The notes under the pieces: generated by a model
The model's input: the letters and a program-made list of their open reading frames with translations, nothing else
What the model was told of the DNA's origin: nothing
Database searches by the model: none
NCBI GenBank assembly: GCA_903925285.1
Contig: CAIYET010000770.1
Coordinates: 20,621 to 84,620 of the forward strand
Length of the DNA stretch: 64,000 bases
Reading direction: 5' to 3'
Source of the DNA: Candidatus Hydrogenedentota bacterium
GTDB taxonomy: Bacteria > Hydrogenedentota > Hydrogenedentia > Hydrogenedentales > SLHB01
Shown here: piece by piece, positions 49,748 through 61,956 of the stretch
How positions within the stretch are numbered: the stretch's first letter is position 1
How the letters are laid out: the number at the start of each line of letters is the position of its first letter
Made by a program: the position numbers and the translations under genes

Positions 49748-50528
49748 AGAACGGTTTCCCGATGGCGTATGCCGTGAAGCCGAGGTAGCGGTTGGACTTC
49801 TCGAAGGGGGCGGCGAATTCGGTCGCAACGACCTTGCCTTCGGTCGAACTCGCCTGGTACAGCATGGGCCGACCATCCGCTTCGCGGACGAAAAGCGCGC
49901 AATGCAGCACGAACAGCCAGTCCGTCTTGCCGATGAGCAGGATGAGCGCGGGGTTGGGCAGGCGCTTGGCGGCCTTGCGCGCTTCGGCGCCCGGCACGTA
50001 AGTTATGGTCAGTACCTGGTCGTGGATATTGGCGCCGAGTTCCGGCGCCTTGCACGTTTCGAAGAGTTTCTTTCGTCCGATTGTGCGGGTGGCATCGACG
50101 GTGGCCGTCTTAAGTTTGGAGGACACGTCGCGGCAAAACCGGTTGTTGACCACCCAGTCGGCTTCCATAAAGTGGTTGCGATGGTCGAAAGCGATGACGC
50201 CGTCTTTGTAGCGAATTTTCTGCAGCGAGTCATACGCCTCCTGGTAGGAATGCGACGCAGCCAGCGCGATGCTCTGCTCGATGAACGTGACGCAGTCGAC
50301 TCGCTTCAGGTCCATCAACGGGTCTTTGTCGTAAGGAGCGTCCGGTCCTTCGCCCAAAGGACCATCGGCGTACGGCGTGCCGAGGCTGTCGCGCGCGACT
50401 ACTATCAGGCGCTTGCCGAAATCGGATTCGCGGGCCTGAAGGTCGTGAAGATACGCATCCATTGCGCCGGGGTCCAAATCGAACACCGGCGCGGCCATAG
50501 TCAATAACAAGGCGGCGATGAACATCAT
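49746..50528 (-). CDS. DUF1460-like secreted protein (amidase/transglutaminase-like fold)
   Basis: GTPYADGPLGEG...DLKRVDCVTFIEQSIALAAS (conserved Cys context) is present. There is an N-terminal hydrophobic signal. I chose the start at Met16. Confidence 0.5.
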   Translation of the reverse strand: MMFIAALLLTMAAPVFDLDPGAMDAYLHDLQARESDFGKRLIVVARDSLGTPYADGPLGEGPDAPYDKDPLMDLKRVDCVTFIEQSIALAASHSYQEAYDSLQKIRYKDGVIAFDHRNHFMEADWVVNNRFCRDVSSKLKTATVDATRTIGRKKLFETCKAPELGANIHDQVLTITYVPGAEARKAAKRLPNPALILLIGKTDWLFVLHCALFVREADGRPMLYQASSTEGKVVATEFAAPFEKSNRYLGFTAYAIGKPF

Positions 50529-50544
50529 AAACGGCCCATAGGCA

Positions 50545-50593
50545 GGCTTCAGACTCGAGACCTCAAGTCTCAAGCCTAACGCCTGAGGTTAGA
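50545..50593. repeat. Degenerate heptamer array (GGCTTCA GACTCGA GACCTCA AGTCTCA AGCCTAA CGCCTGA GGTTAGA) containing a 12-bp stem hairpin
   Basis: AGGCTTCAGACT at 50544-50555 pairs with AGTCTCAAGCCT at 50566-50577 (11/12). The array lies between the DUF1559 stop and the DUF1460 start. Confidence 0.7.
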
Positions 50594-51578
50594 AGGAGCT
50601 GGCGAAATTGGCGAAGTTCTTGGAAGCCGGGAAATCTCCCGGATACTTGTTGAACGTCACGTGACCGTCCATGTAGAGCGTGTTTGAACCGCCGGGCATA
50701 TGATTGAACTCCGTACCGGAATTGGCTTGGGCGACGATATCCCACATGATCGGCAATGTGCTTTGCGCGAAGGCGGAGGCGGCGGGATTGTTGATATCGG
50801 TAACCAGAAACCGCTCGACTCCTTCCCGAAGCCGGTAGATCGTCGTGCCGTCGCCGTTGCAGAAGCGCGCCCCGGCGGGTTGCACTGCCGCCGAGAAGAC
50901 CTGGTACGCCAAGTTTGAGTCGCCCGTGATGTCTTGATCGAGTACCCCGTCGTTCGTTGGGTCGTGATCCCCGAAGGCGTGATTCGGGCTTAGCGGACTG
51001 TCAAAACTCATCCACGCGAACAAGTAGGCTACTTGGGCGGGTGCTGGGCCGGTGCAGCGCGGGTCCATGCCGGTTGCGTCAAATACCGGGCTCGAGTCCT
51101 CGACCTTGTCCAGAACGAAGCCCACATAGAAATAGCTCGCATCGGGAAGCGAAATCTGGCCCTTGTAGGGACAGTTCTGTCCGGACGCGTCACGCACGAC
51201 GTGCAGGATATTGGGGACTATGGCTTCCGGATCGGACGGACACAGCAACACATTCGGGTCCGTCAGGTATTCGGGGTAGATCGCGCGCGAATCTGGCGCG
51301 ATGGCCGGTTCATCCTCGCCACCCTCGCAGTTGCCGACATACGGAGCATCGGTATTGCGTCCCCAACTTTGATCGGCATGCACGCGGGCAAAGAGGTTCT
51401 TGTTTTCCCCGGCGTACATCTTGAGCACGATACCCATTTGCTTGAGGTTGTTGGCGCAACTCGAGCGCCGGGCAGATTCGCGCGCACGCGCCAGCGCTGG
51501 CAGCAAAATGGCCGCCAGGATACCGATGATCGCGATCACCACTAATAACTCAATCAGCGTGAACCCATTCTTACGCAT
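50589..51578 (-). CDS. DUF1559 / type IV pilin-like (prepilin N-terminal methylation motif) protein
   Basis: [45 protein letters not shown] is present, with a C-terminal H-x(9-10)-DG-like [16 protein letters not shown] chose the start at Met8. Confidence 0.85.
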   Translation of the reverse strand: MRKNGFTLIELLVVIAIIGILAAILLPALARARESARRSSCANNLKQMGIVLKMYAGENKNLFARVHADQSWGRNTDAPYVGNCEGGEDEPAIAPDSRAIYPEYLTDPNVLLCPSDPEAIVPNILHVVRDASGQNCPYKGQISLPDASYFYVGFVLDKVEDSSPVFDATGMDPRCTGPAPAQVAYLFAWMSFDSPLSPNHAFGDHDPTNDGVLDQDITGDSNLAYQVFSAAVQPAGARFCNGDGTTIYRLREGVERFLVTDINNPAASAFAQSTLPIMWDIVAQANSGTEFNHMPGGSNTLYMDGHVTFNKYPGDFPASKNFANFASSF

Positions 51579-51745
51579 AATATACCCTGCACAAAACATG
51601 CCTCATGCGGACCTCTAAATGTTTACTTCAACATATAGGTAGTAAATATCCAACCATCTGTCGTCATGCGCACGGAAACATCGATTCCCACACGTTGAAA
51701 CAGTATGTCACAATATCTGTGAAACCTCAAGGGACACGAATCAAC

Positions 51746-55519
<3,774 letters not shown>

Positions 55520-55727
55520 TTAATGCATAAACCAAGAAACAGCCCCACAAGAATACGCAAAGCGCAATCGTGACGGCAAACCGAGAGCGCAACCGTGATG
55601 GCGCGATTGGCGCGCGTCTTGAGTGTTACCCCAATTTTGTGGTGACTTGTATCCTTTCCAGTACTTGCTCTAAAATCCAATAAAAGGTCATACGAACTGT
55701 CGCGGTGATTCTGCTTGGGGTGGCGAA

Positions 55728-57725
55728 ATGGGAAAAGCAAACAACTCTCCTGAAGATCGTTTCGATGCTCGGAGCCTGCGCCGCATCGCACTGGTTCCTA
55801 TTGGTTGGGTGGTCTTCCTGTCTCTCGTCCCCGACTTCTTGATGCGCGTTACCAAGCACAACATACCATGGATAAGCGCTGTCTCCTGGGGAATAGGCAT
55901 CATCCTGATAAGCGGATTCGTCGGCTACTTGATCACCAGGGGCCGTAGGGAACGACGCATTTCCTTTCTTGTTTTCATGGGTATTTCGTTGATTGCAGTC
56001 TCCGAATCGTTCCGAATTGCCCGGTCGATTGGCCTTCTTGACGATCCCGCCATTAATGATTGGCTCAACGTGTTGCGTGCGGTCGACAACCTTCTTAACG
56101 GCTTGGGACTTGTACTGATTGCACTAGCCTTCTTTCTTACGATTGTTGCGATGCTGGCATCGAGACAACAACTCCTGGCCGAACATGCCCGGCTTTCCGC
56201 TGAGATTGCGCGCCGCGAGCAAGTGGAAAACAGATTGCGTGAACACGAGGCGCTCTTGCATGGAATCAGTGCGTCGGCGCTCGATGCGATCATCGTGATG
56301 GACAATGCGGGACTTGTCAATTACTGGAACCCTTCCGCAGAAAGGATTCTGGGCTATCGCGCCGACGAGATTATTGGCAAGTCCGTGCACAAAATGTTGG
56401 CGCCTGCCAGTCAGCAACAGGAATTCACTCGAGGCGCCTCGGCCTGGCAGCACACCGGTCAAGGCCCAGTGGTCGGCAGGACAATGGTGCTCAAGGCCGT
56501 GACGAAAGCTGGGCCTGAAATCGACGTCGAACTCTCCGTGTCTTCGGTCGAGATTTCGGGGCAATGGCACGCGGTCGGCATCCTTCGCGACATCACCGCG
56601 CAAAAGCGGACGGAAGAATTGCTCCAAGAGAGTGAGGCACGGTACCGGACCCTCTTCGACCAAGCGGTGGATGGGATTGTGTTCTTGGACCTTGACGAGA
56701 AACACCTCCGCGTGAATGAAGCTTTCGCCAAAATGCACGGCTACAACAGCCCGCAGGAAATGGAGCACCTGCGACTGTTGGACCTGGACACGCCCGAAAC
56801 CGCGCAATTGGCGCCGGAGCGATTGCGCCGACTGATGGATGGTGAAGCGATGACCTTCGAGGTGGAGCATTATCGCAAGGATGGATCCCATTTCCCGTTG
56901 GACGTTAGCTGCAATGTCATCGAATCCGGAGGCAAACGGTACTTTCTGGGGTTCCATCACGACATCACCGCGCGCAAGCAGGCCGAAGAACTCATCGAAG
57001 AACATCGCGTGAAGATGATCGAAAGCGCCCGCCTCTCGTCTCTAGGAACCATGGCCGGTGGCGTCGCACACGAAATCAACAATCCCCTCGCGGTCATTGC
57101 CGGTTGTGCCGAACAAATCGAGAACCTCGCAATGAACGCCGACACGGCTCCGGCTACGACGAAACAGCTCGCGGGAATGATGCGCCGCAACGCCAGCCGA
57201 ATCCAGCGAATTGTCCAAGGGATGCGCGAGCTTTCCCGCGATGGTTCCGGCGCTCCCTTTGTTCCTACTCCCGTCGTCAGTATTATCGCCGATGTCCTCG
57301 AATTGTGCCAGGAAAGATTTCGGCTACATGACGTTCGCATCGAAAACGTGTGTCCCGACGACTCCCTTCTCATCGAGTGCCGCCCCTCGCAGATATGCCA
57401 AGTCGTCCTTAACCTGCTTAACAACTCGTTTCACGCAGTCGAAAACCTGCCTGAAAAATGGGTCAAACTTGACATAGCCGACTTCGGAAAACAGATCGAA
57501 ATCGCCATCTCGGACAGCGGCGCGGGGATTCCAAAGGAAATCGCGGACCACATCTTCACTCCATTTTTCACGACAAAGTTCGAGCAACATGGACTTGGAT
57601 TGGGGCTTAGCATATCGCGTTCCATCGTCGAAGCCCATCACGGCGAAATTGCACTCGATCCCTCCTGCAACAATACGCGTTTCGTCATCCGCCTTCCAAA
57701 ACGGGAAATCTATGGAGAGGGCTAA
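55728..57725 (+). CDS. Orphan sensor histidine kinase: multi-TM N-terminus, coiled coil, 2 PAS domains, HisKA + HATPase
   Basis: The H-box is AGGVAHEINNPLAVI, the N-box is LLNNSFHAV, G1 is DSGAGIP and G2 is GLGLGLSISRSIV. No response regulator is adjacent. Confidence 0.85.
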   Translation: MGKANNSPEDRFDARSLRRIALVPIGWVVFLSLVPDFLMRVTKHNIPWISAVSWGIGIILISGFVGYLITRGRRERRISFLVFMGISLIAVSESFRIARSIGLLDDPAINDWLNVLRAVDNLLNGLGLVLIALAFFLTIVAMLASRQQLLAEHARLSAEIARREQVENRLREHEALLHGISASALDAIIVMDNAGLVNYWNPSAERILGYRADEIIGKSVHKMLAPASQQQEFTRGASAWQHTGQGPVVGRTMVLKAVTKAGPEIDVELSVSSVEISGQWHAVGILRDITAQKRTEELLQESEARYRTLFDQAVDGIVFLDLDEKHLRVNEAFAKMHGYNSPQEMEHLRLLDLDTPETAQLAPERLRRLMDGEAMTFEVEHYRKDGSHFPLDVSCNVIESGGKRYFLGFHHDITARKQAEELIEEHRVKMIESARLSSLGTMAGGVAHEINNPLAVIAGCAEQIENLAMNADTAPATTKQLAGMMRRNASRIQRIVQGMRELSRDGSGAPFVPTPVVSIIADVLELCQERFRLHDVRIENVCPDDSLLIECRPSQICQVVLNLLNNSFHAVENLPEKWVKLDIADFGKQIEIAISDSGAGIPKEIADHIFTPFFTTKFEQHGLGLGLSISRSIVEAHHGEIALDPSCNNTRFVIRLPKREIYGEG

Positions 57726-57800
57726 ACAAACGTCTGGAAACGAACTTCGCAGGGAGTACAAACGAACCGACTTTAGCGGCCCCATGGGCGCAATCGCGAC
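57712..57800 (+). pseudogene. Decayed upstream copy of the small gene at 57891-58034 (overlaps the kinase 3' end)
   Basis: An 87-nt segment (57701-57787) is ~85% identical to 57880-57966, including ACGGGAAATCTATG and TTTAGCGGCCCCATGG. After that point the reading frame no longer matches the intact copy. Confidence 0.5.
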
Positions 57801-57890
57801 AGCTTGCGGGGGGCGCTGGTTTCTTGGATGCAAAACTCGCGCGAGCGGGATCTGTGCTACAATCAAACAATGAGAACTGACGGGAAATCT

Positions 57891-58034
57891 ATGAAGAAGG
57901 CTAAACCAACGTCGGGAGTCAAACTTCGCGCGGAGTACACACGGTCCGATTTTAGCGGCCCCATGGTGCGAGGCAAATATGCGAAACGCTTACGCGAGTC
58001 ATCGAATATCGTCGTCTTGAAACCCGAAGGATGA
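57891..58034 (+). CDS. 47-aa protein resembling the N-terminal part of a small antitoxin-like family (..LRAEYxxSDFSGxxVRGKYAKR..VVL.P..), C-terminally truncated
   Basis: The sequence is MKKAKPTSGVKLRAEYTRSDFSGPMVRGKYAKRLRESSNIVVLKPEG. The stop codon lies inside the (GAAGGAT)n repeat. The family assignment is from memory only. Confidence 0.35.
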   Translation: MKKAKPTSGVKLRAEYTRSDFSGPMVRGKYAKRLRESSNIVVLKPEG

Positions 58035-58077
58035 AGGATGAAGGATGAACCTATCAGTGCGCTTCGTTTTCATCCTT
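58026..58077. repeat. (GAAGGAT)x3 heptamer array with downstream complementary TTCATCCTT
   Basis: Read directly from the sequence. The array contains the TGA of the 47-aa ORF (58032-58034) and the ATG of the next ORF (58038). Confidence 0.85.
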
Positions 58078-60299
58078 TCTCCGACCGCCGAACTCACATT
58101 TGCCTGGTCCTGGCGGCGCTGACGCTGGCGGTTTACGCGCAGGTTTACAGCCACGGTTATCTCTTGGTCGACGACCACCTGTACGTGGGGGAGAACGCTC
58201 GAGTCCAGGCGGGGTTGAGTTGGGCCAATACTCGGTGGGCATTTACGACGACCGCGGCTGCGAACTGGCATCCGGTGACGTGGCTTTCGCACATGCTGGA
58301 TTGCCAATTGTTCGGGGTGCACCTGGGCGCGCACCATCTGGTGAACGTACTGTTCCACCTGATGAACGTGTTGCTGCTTTTCTGGCTGTTGGAACGCATG
58401 ACGGGCGCGATGTGGCCGAGCGCATTCGTTGCGGCTGTTTTCGCGTTGCACCCGTTGCACGTGGAATCGGTGGCGTGGATTGCCGAGCGCAAAGACGTGC
58501 TGAGCACGTTCTTTTGGTTGCTGACGATGGCGGCTTACCTGGGGTATCTCAAGAAACCGTCTTTGGGACGGTACCTTGCGATCCTGCCATTGTTCGCGCT
58601 TGGCCTGATGGCCAAACCGATGCTGGTCACGCTGCCATGCGTGCTGTTGCTGCTGGATTACTGGCCGCTGGGCCGGTTCACGCCGCCGCCCGCGCCGCAG
58701 AAACACGGCAAGGGCAAACCTGTCAAGCCAGTCAAACCGGCTTTTCCGTGGAAGGTCCTGATCGAGAAAATCCCGCTGTTCGGGCTTGTAGTACTTTCGA
58801 GCCTGATGACGTATCGGGCGCAGCAGGGCCTCGGCGCGGTGCAAACGTTGGACATGCTGTCGCTGACCCAACGGTTGGCCAACGCGGTCGTTTCATACGC
58901 GCGCTACGCGTTTCACACGGTATGGCCGGTACACCTGTCGACGTATTACCCGCTGGCCAAAGACGGGTTGCCCTGGTGGCAAATCGCGACCGCGCTGGTT
59001 TTCCTATCGGGCATGACGGCGTTGGTTATCTGGCAGATTCGCAGACGTCCGTTCCTCGGCGTGGGCTGGTTTTGGTATCTGGGCACGCTGGCGCCAGTCA
59101 TCGGGATCGTGCAGGTGGGCAGCCAGGCCATGGCCGACCGTTACATGTACGTGCCGCTGATCGGCCTTGGAATCATGGCGGCGTGGGGGGGAGACGCGAT
59201 CATTCCTCGGCTCCCCTATCGAACGCACGCACTCGCGGTTATTTGCGGTCTGTCGATCGTCGCGATGACAGGTTTGAGCGCGCTCCAGGTGTGGTATTGG
59301 GGCGACAACGCCGTTCTGTACGCGCACGAAGTCCAGCTTTGTCCCGACAGCTATTTTGCACATTACCAGTTGGGGATCGCGCTCAAGAAGGCAAATCGTA
59401 TAGACGAAGCCGAACTCGAGTTCCTCAAGACGGTCGAAATCATGCCCAACCATGTCGACGCCCAGTTGTCCCTCGGGCTGATCGCATACGGCAAGAAACA
59501 GTACGACGAGGCGATCAAGCATTACACCGTGGCGCTCGATCACGCCGTGGGCCATCGGAACCGAGCCGAGACGGAGATCAATTTTGGGACCGTCCTCATG
59601 GAAACGGGCCGGTTCGACGAGGCCGCGAAACATTACCAGATCGGGCTGCAACTGAAACCCGATATGGCGGCGGGGCATTACAACCTGGGCAACGCGCTGG
59701 TACGGCTCAACCGGCCCGACGAGGCGGCCCGGCATTATCGCGAGGTGTTGCGCCTCGAACCGGGGAACCAACTGGCGCAAACCCAGCTTCGCGAACTGCT
59801 CCAGTCGGGCGTCGCGACCACGAGTTCCGAGCCCAAACCCAAACTCGAGACCGCGAACGACTACTACGAGTATGGCAACAAGCTCGCCGAGCAGAACCGG
59901 TTTGCGGAGGCGGCCGAGCAGTACCAGGCGGCGCTCAAGCTGAAACCGAACGAATTGGCGGCACGGATCAACCTCGGCAATGCGATGGCCGCGATGGGCA
60001 AACCGCAGGATGCGTTGACGCAGTTCCAGGAGGCTCTGAAATCGCAACCCAATTGCGGCGACGCTCTCATCAACGCCGGCAACGCGTTGATCGAGTTGAA
60101 CCAGTTCTCGAAAGCGCGCGACTATTTTTCCAAGGCCACGCAAGCCAACCCGCGCAACGCCGAAGGGTGGTGCGGATTGGCGTGTGTGCTCGAGCGACTC
60201 AACCAGAACACCGATGCGGCCAAAGCCTATAGCAAGGCATTCGAGTTGGACCCCAACAACCGGCGCGCCAAAGAAGGCTTGCAAGAGTTGCACAAGTAA
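58038..60299 (+). CDS. TMTC/PMT-like membrane glycosyltransferase (DUF1736-type N-terminal multi-TM domain) fused to C-terminal TPR repeats
   Basis: VYAQVYSHGYLLVDDHLYVGENARV, about 10 TM helices, and at least 8 TPR units (YYNLGNALVRLNRPDEAARHYREVLRLEPGN and similar). The start is uncertain because the ATG lies within the repeat. Confidence 0.7.
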   Translation: MKDEPISALRFHPFSDRRTHICLVLAALTLAVYAQVYSHGYLLVDDHLYVGENARVQAGLSWANTRWAFTTTAAANWHPVTWLSHMLDCQLFGVHLGAHHLVNVLFHLMNVLLLFWLLERMTGAMWPSAFVAAVFALHPLHVESVAWIAERKDVLSTFFWLLTMAAYLGYLKKPSLGRYLAILPLFALGLMAKPMLVTLPCVLLLLDYWPLGRFTPPPAPQKHGKGKPVKPVKPAFPWKVLIEKIPLFGLVVLSSLMTYRAQQGLGAVQTLDMLSLTQRLANAVVSYARYAFHTVWPVHLSTYYPLAKDGLPWWQIATALVFLSGMTALVIWQIRRRPFLGVGWFWYLGTLAPVIGIVQVGSQAMADRYMYVPLIGLGIMAAWGGDAIIPRLPYRTHALAVICGLSIVAMTGLSALQVWYWGDNAVLYAHEVQLCPDSYFAHYQLGIALKKANRIDEAELEFLKTVEIMPNHVDAQLSLGLIAYGKKQYDEAIKHYTVALDHAVGHRNRAETEINFGTVLMETGRFDEAAKHYQIGLQLKPDMAAGHYNLGNALVRLNRPDEAARHYREVLRLEPGNQLAQTQLRELLQSGVATTSSEPKPKLETANDYYEYGNKLAEQNRFAEAAEQYQAALKLKPNELAARINLGNAMAAMGKPQDALTQFQEALKSQPNCGDALINAGNALIELNQFSKARDYFSKATQANPRNAEGWCGLACVLERLNQNTDAAKAYSKAFELDPNNRRAKEGLQELHK

Positions 60300-60435
60300 G
60301 GAGGCAAGGCGGGACCTTCGCGCATCGCGCGCTACCAGCCCCGCGTTGCCCTGCTGGTTTTGCCCCGTCGCATTTCAAAACGAATCCCCTGAAGAATCTC
60401 CATGACAATGATGCCGCATGTCTGAACATAGATTC

Positions 60436-60609
60436 GGCATTTCAAACACGCCGCACGCGGAAGCCTTGCGCGTGCGGCGTGTTTGAACTGCCTTTTTGGG
60501 GGCTGAATGGAGTCCTCTTCCCGCATGCCTTTTCGAGCCTGTCCACGAGCACGTTGCTCGTTCCGTTGAAGAAGTCAATCCATACCGAACTGTCAACCAG
60601 CATGGTCAT
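60436..60609 (-). pseudogene. Truncated PIN-domain (VapC-like) toxin remnant
   Basis: MTMLVDSSVWIDFFNGTSNVLVDRLEKA is a typical PIN N-terminus. After ~28 aa the frame runs into the hairpin/AAAAAGGCAG element and stops. The start overlaps the upstream antitoxin stop (ATGA). Confidence 0.6.
60441..60497 (+). terminator. 19-bp perfect hairpin followed by CTGCCTTTTT (candidate intrinsic terminator / repeat-element end)
   Basis: TTCAAACACGCCGCACGCG, loop GAAGCCTTG, CGCGTGCGGCGTGTTTGAA, then CTGCCTTTTT. It lies 140 nt downstream of the TMTC-like stop. Confidence 0.5.
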
Positions 60610-60810
60610 TCAACCCGGCCTTTGCGCCATTCGTCCAAGTCGCCTTCCTAGGCAACCGCTCCCTTAAGCGCCAACAACCGTCGTGCCGTACCCCTTCGCG
60701 CAAGTTCGCGCAATGCAAGATCGATCACCGCGTTGTATTCCACCACGCCCGTGATACGCATGCATTCCTCAAGGACGGCCTCGTCCAACTCTACGCTCGC
60801 TTCACGCATA
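60606..60810 (-). pseudogene. Decayed VapB (DUF2191-type) antitoxin: +1 frameshift plus in-frame TAG
   Basis: MREASVELDE lies in one frame and AVLEECMRITGVVEYNAVIDLALRELARRGTARRLLALKGAVA*EGDLDEWRKGRVE in the next. An extra G sits in a GGG run at ~60779-60781. A TAG (plus-strand 60648-60650) occupies the position where the family has Trp. Confidence 0.6.
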
Positions 60811-60906
60811 GCCCAACTCTCCAAGTCGCCAATCGCTCATACACTATTCTACCATGTCCCTTTCTTCATAACCACGTCCCCTGCGTCCGATTCTCCGCGA
60901 ACGCCG

Positions 60907-60975
60907 TGGCTCCGTGTGAGGCTACCCTTTCTCACACGGAGACACAAAGACACGGAGAATTCCCGCTCCGTTGTC
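60907..60975. repeat. Copy A of a ~67-bp repeat with internal 10/11-bp hairpin (TCCGTGTGAG..CTCACACGGA) followed by GACACAAAGACACGGAGAA..CCCGCTCCGTTG
   Basis: About 88% identical to copy B. It lies 47 nt downstream of the PIN gene stop. Confidence 0.8.
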
Positions 60976-61021
60976 CTATGGGCAGGAAGGGCTTCTTGCC
61001 GACCTCTTCGACGGTCCATCG

Positions 61022-61426
61022 TTACTCATTGAGCAAGACATGAAACCCTGCTTGCTCGAAATGATGGTCGGACGCCAGGGCTTCCGTGATGTCTCTGGCC
61101 CGCATCACGGTGAAGGATATGCAATCCGTAAGAGACCATTCCTTGTCGGGGCGGGCGGCATAAAGGGTAAGTCCTTCATCAAAGAGATCGGAAGATGTCC
61201 GAATCAGAATCGTGGATGGGTCGGAACGGAGACGCTCCACAAACCTGACAAAAAGGGAACGCAAATCCCCCCGCGACATGAGTGCCGCGAGTTCCACCAA
61301 CACGTAATCCGTTGTCACGATCTCCGCACGAAGGGATTCAAAGAGCGCAACGGCGGCCGCATGATGCTTGTCGCGCTTGCTGAACAAGGCTTGGTAAAAC
61401 GACGTGTCCGCGAAAACCCGATTCAT
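61022..61426 (-). CDS. vapC: PIN-domain toxin (VapC-like), apparently intact
   Basis: MNRVFADTSFYQALF..., VLVELAA, LTDCISF and ASDHHFEQAGF supply the four conserved acidic positions. The start overlaps the antitoxin stop (ATGA). Confidence 0.75.
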   Translation of the reverse strand: MNRVFADTSFYQALFSKRDKHHAAAVALFESLRAEIVTTDYVLVELAALMSRGDLRSLFVRFVERLRSDPSTILIRTSSDLFDEGLTLYAARPDKEWSLTDCISFTVMRARDITEALASDHHFEQAGFHVLLNE

Positions 61427-61662
61427 GACCCGTGTTGCGCTCGGAGATACGCGTCGTGGTTTTCCGACCAATCATCGGGCAGGCCATCGATAGCGCCAAT
61501 AAAACAGCGATAACGTTCGACCAGAGAAGTTCTGGTACTGGCGCTGTCCCGGCAGGCCGACTCGGCTACCGCTATTTCGATCGTGACCAAAGCGCCGTCG
61601 GGCAAGTGGCCAGCTTCATCCAATACGACGGCCCCGTTCTCCACGTGTCCTTTGTACGTCAT
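61423..61662 (-). CDS. Small antitoxin, DUF104/AF2212-like N-terminal beta-barrel
   Basis: MTYKGHVENGAVVLDEAGHLPDGALVTIEI matches the ikG.v.nG.ivL.e...lpeG..V.v pattern. It sits upstream of a PIN toxin and overlaps it by 4 nt. Confidence 0.55.
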   Translation of the reverse strand: MTYKGHVENGAVVLDEAGHLPDGALVTIEIAVAESACRDSASTRTSLVERYRCFIGAIDGLPDDWSENHDAYLRAQHGS

Positions 61663-61751
61663 CTCGCATTACTCCGATTTCGACACGTCAATTCTAACAC
61701 AAAGGCGTTACGCGTGGAAGATTCTCGCAAATCTCGATCTTTTGTGATCTT

Positions 61752-61818
61752 TGTGGCTCTGTGTGAGACTACTCTTTTTCACACGGTGACACAAAGACAC
61801 GGAGAACCCCGCTCCGTT
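61752..61818. repeat. Copy B of the ~67-bp repeat (extended stem CTTTGTG..CACAAAG)
   Basis: GTGGCTCTGTGTGAGACTACTCTTTTTCACACGGTGACACAAAGACACGGAGAACCCCGCTCCGTTG aligns with copy A. It lies between the FGE-sulfatase gene and the toxin-antitoxin pair. Confidence 0.8.
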
Positions 61819-61956
61819 GCGCTACAGGTCCCTGGGCTGCCTTGCCACAGTTCCTGCTTTACTTGAACTTGACTGTTAACGAGAACCAGTAGCGGGGCTC
61901 CGCACGCCCCTACGCTCGCAACCGGTTCGCCCAACCCTGACTTGGCCCGACAGGAA

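Noticed and set aside
58100-60293. 710-aa alternative-frame ORF and 429-aa antisense ORF over the TMTC-like/TPR gene
   Set aside because: Only the 58038-60299 frame gives TM helices plus regular TPR units.
60907-61818. The 67-bp repeats as integron attC sites (and the toxin-antitoxin genes as integron cassettes)
   Set aside because: Cassette-like placement and hairpin potential are present. However, I could not find the RYYYAAC / GTTRRRY core sites at the repeat ends, and no integrase or attI is in the window. I kept this only as a testable idea under the findings.
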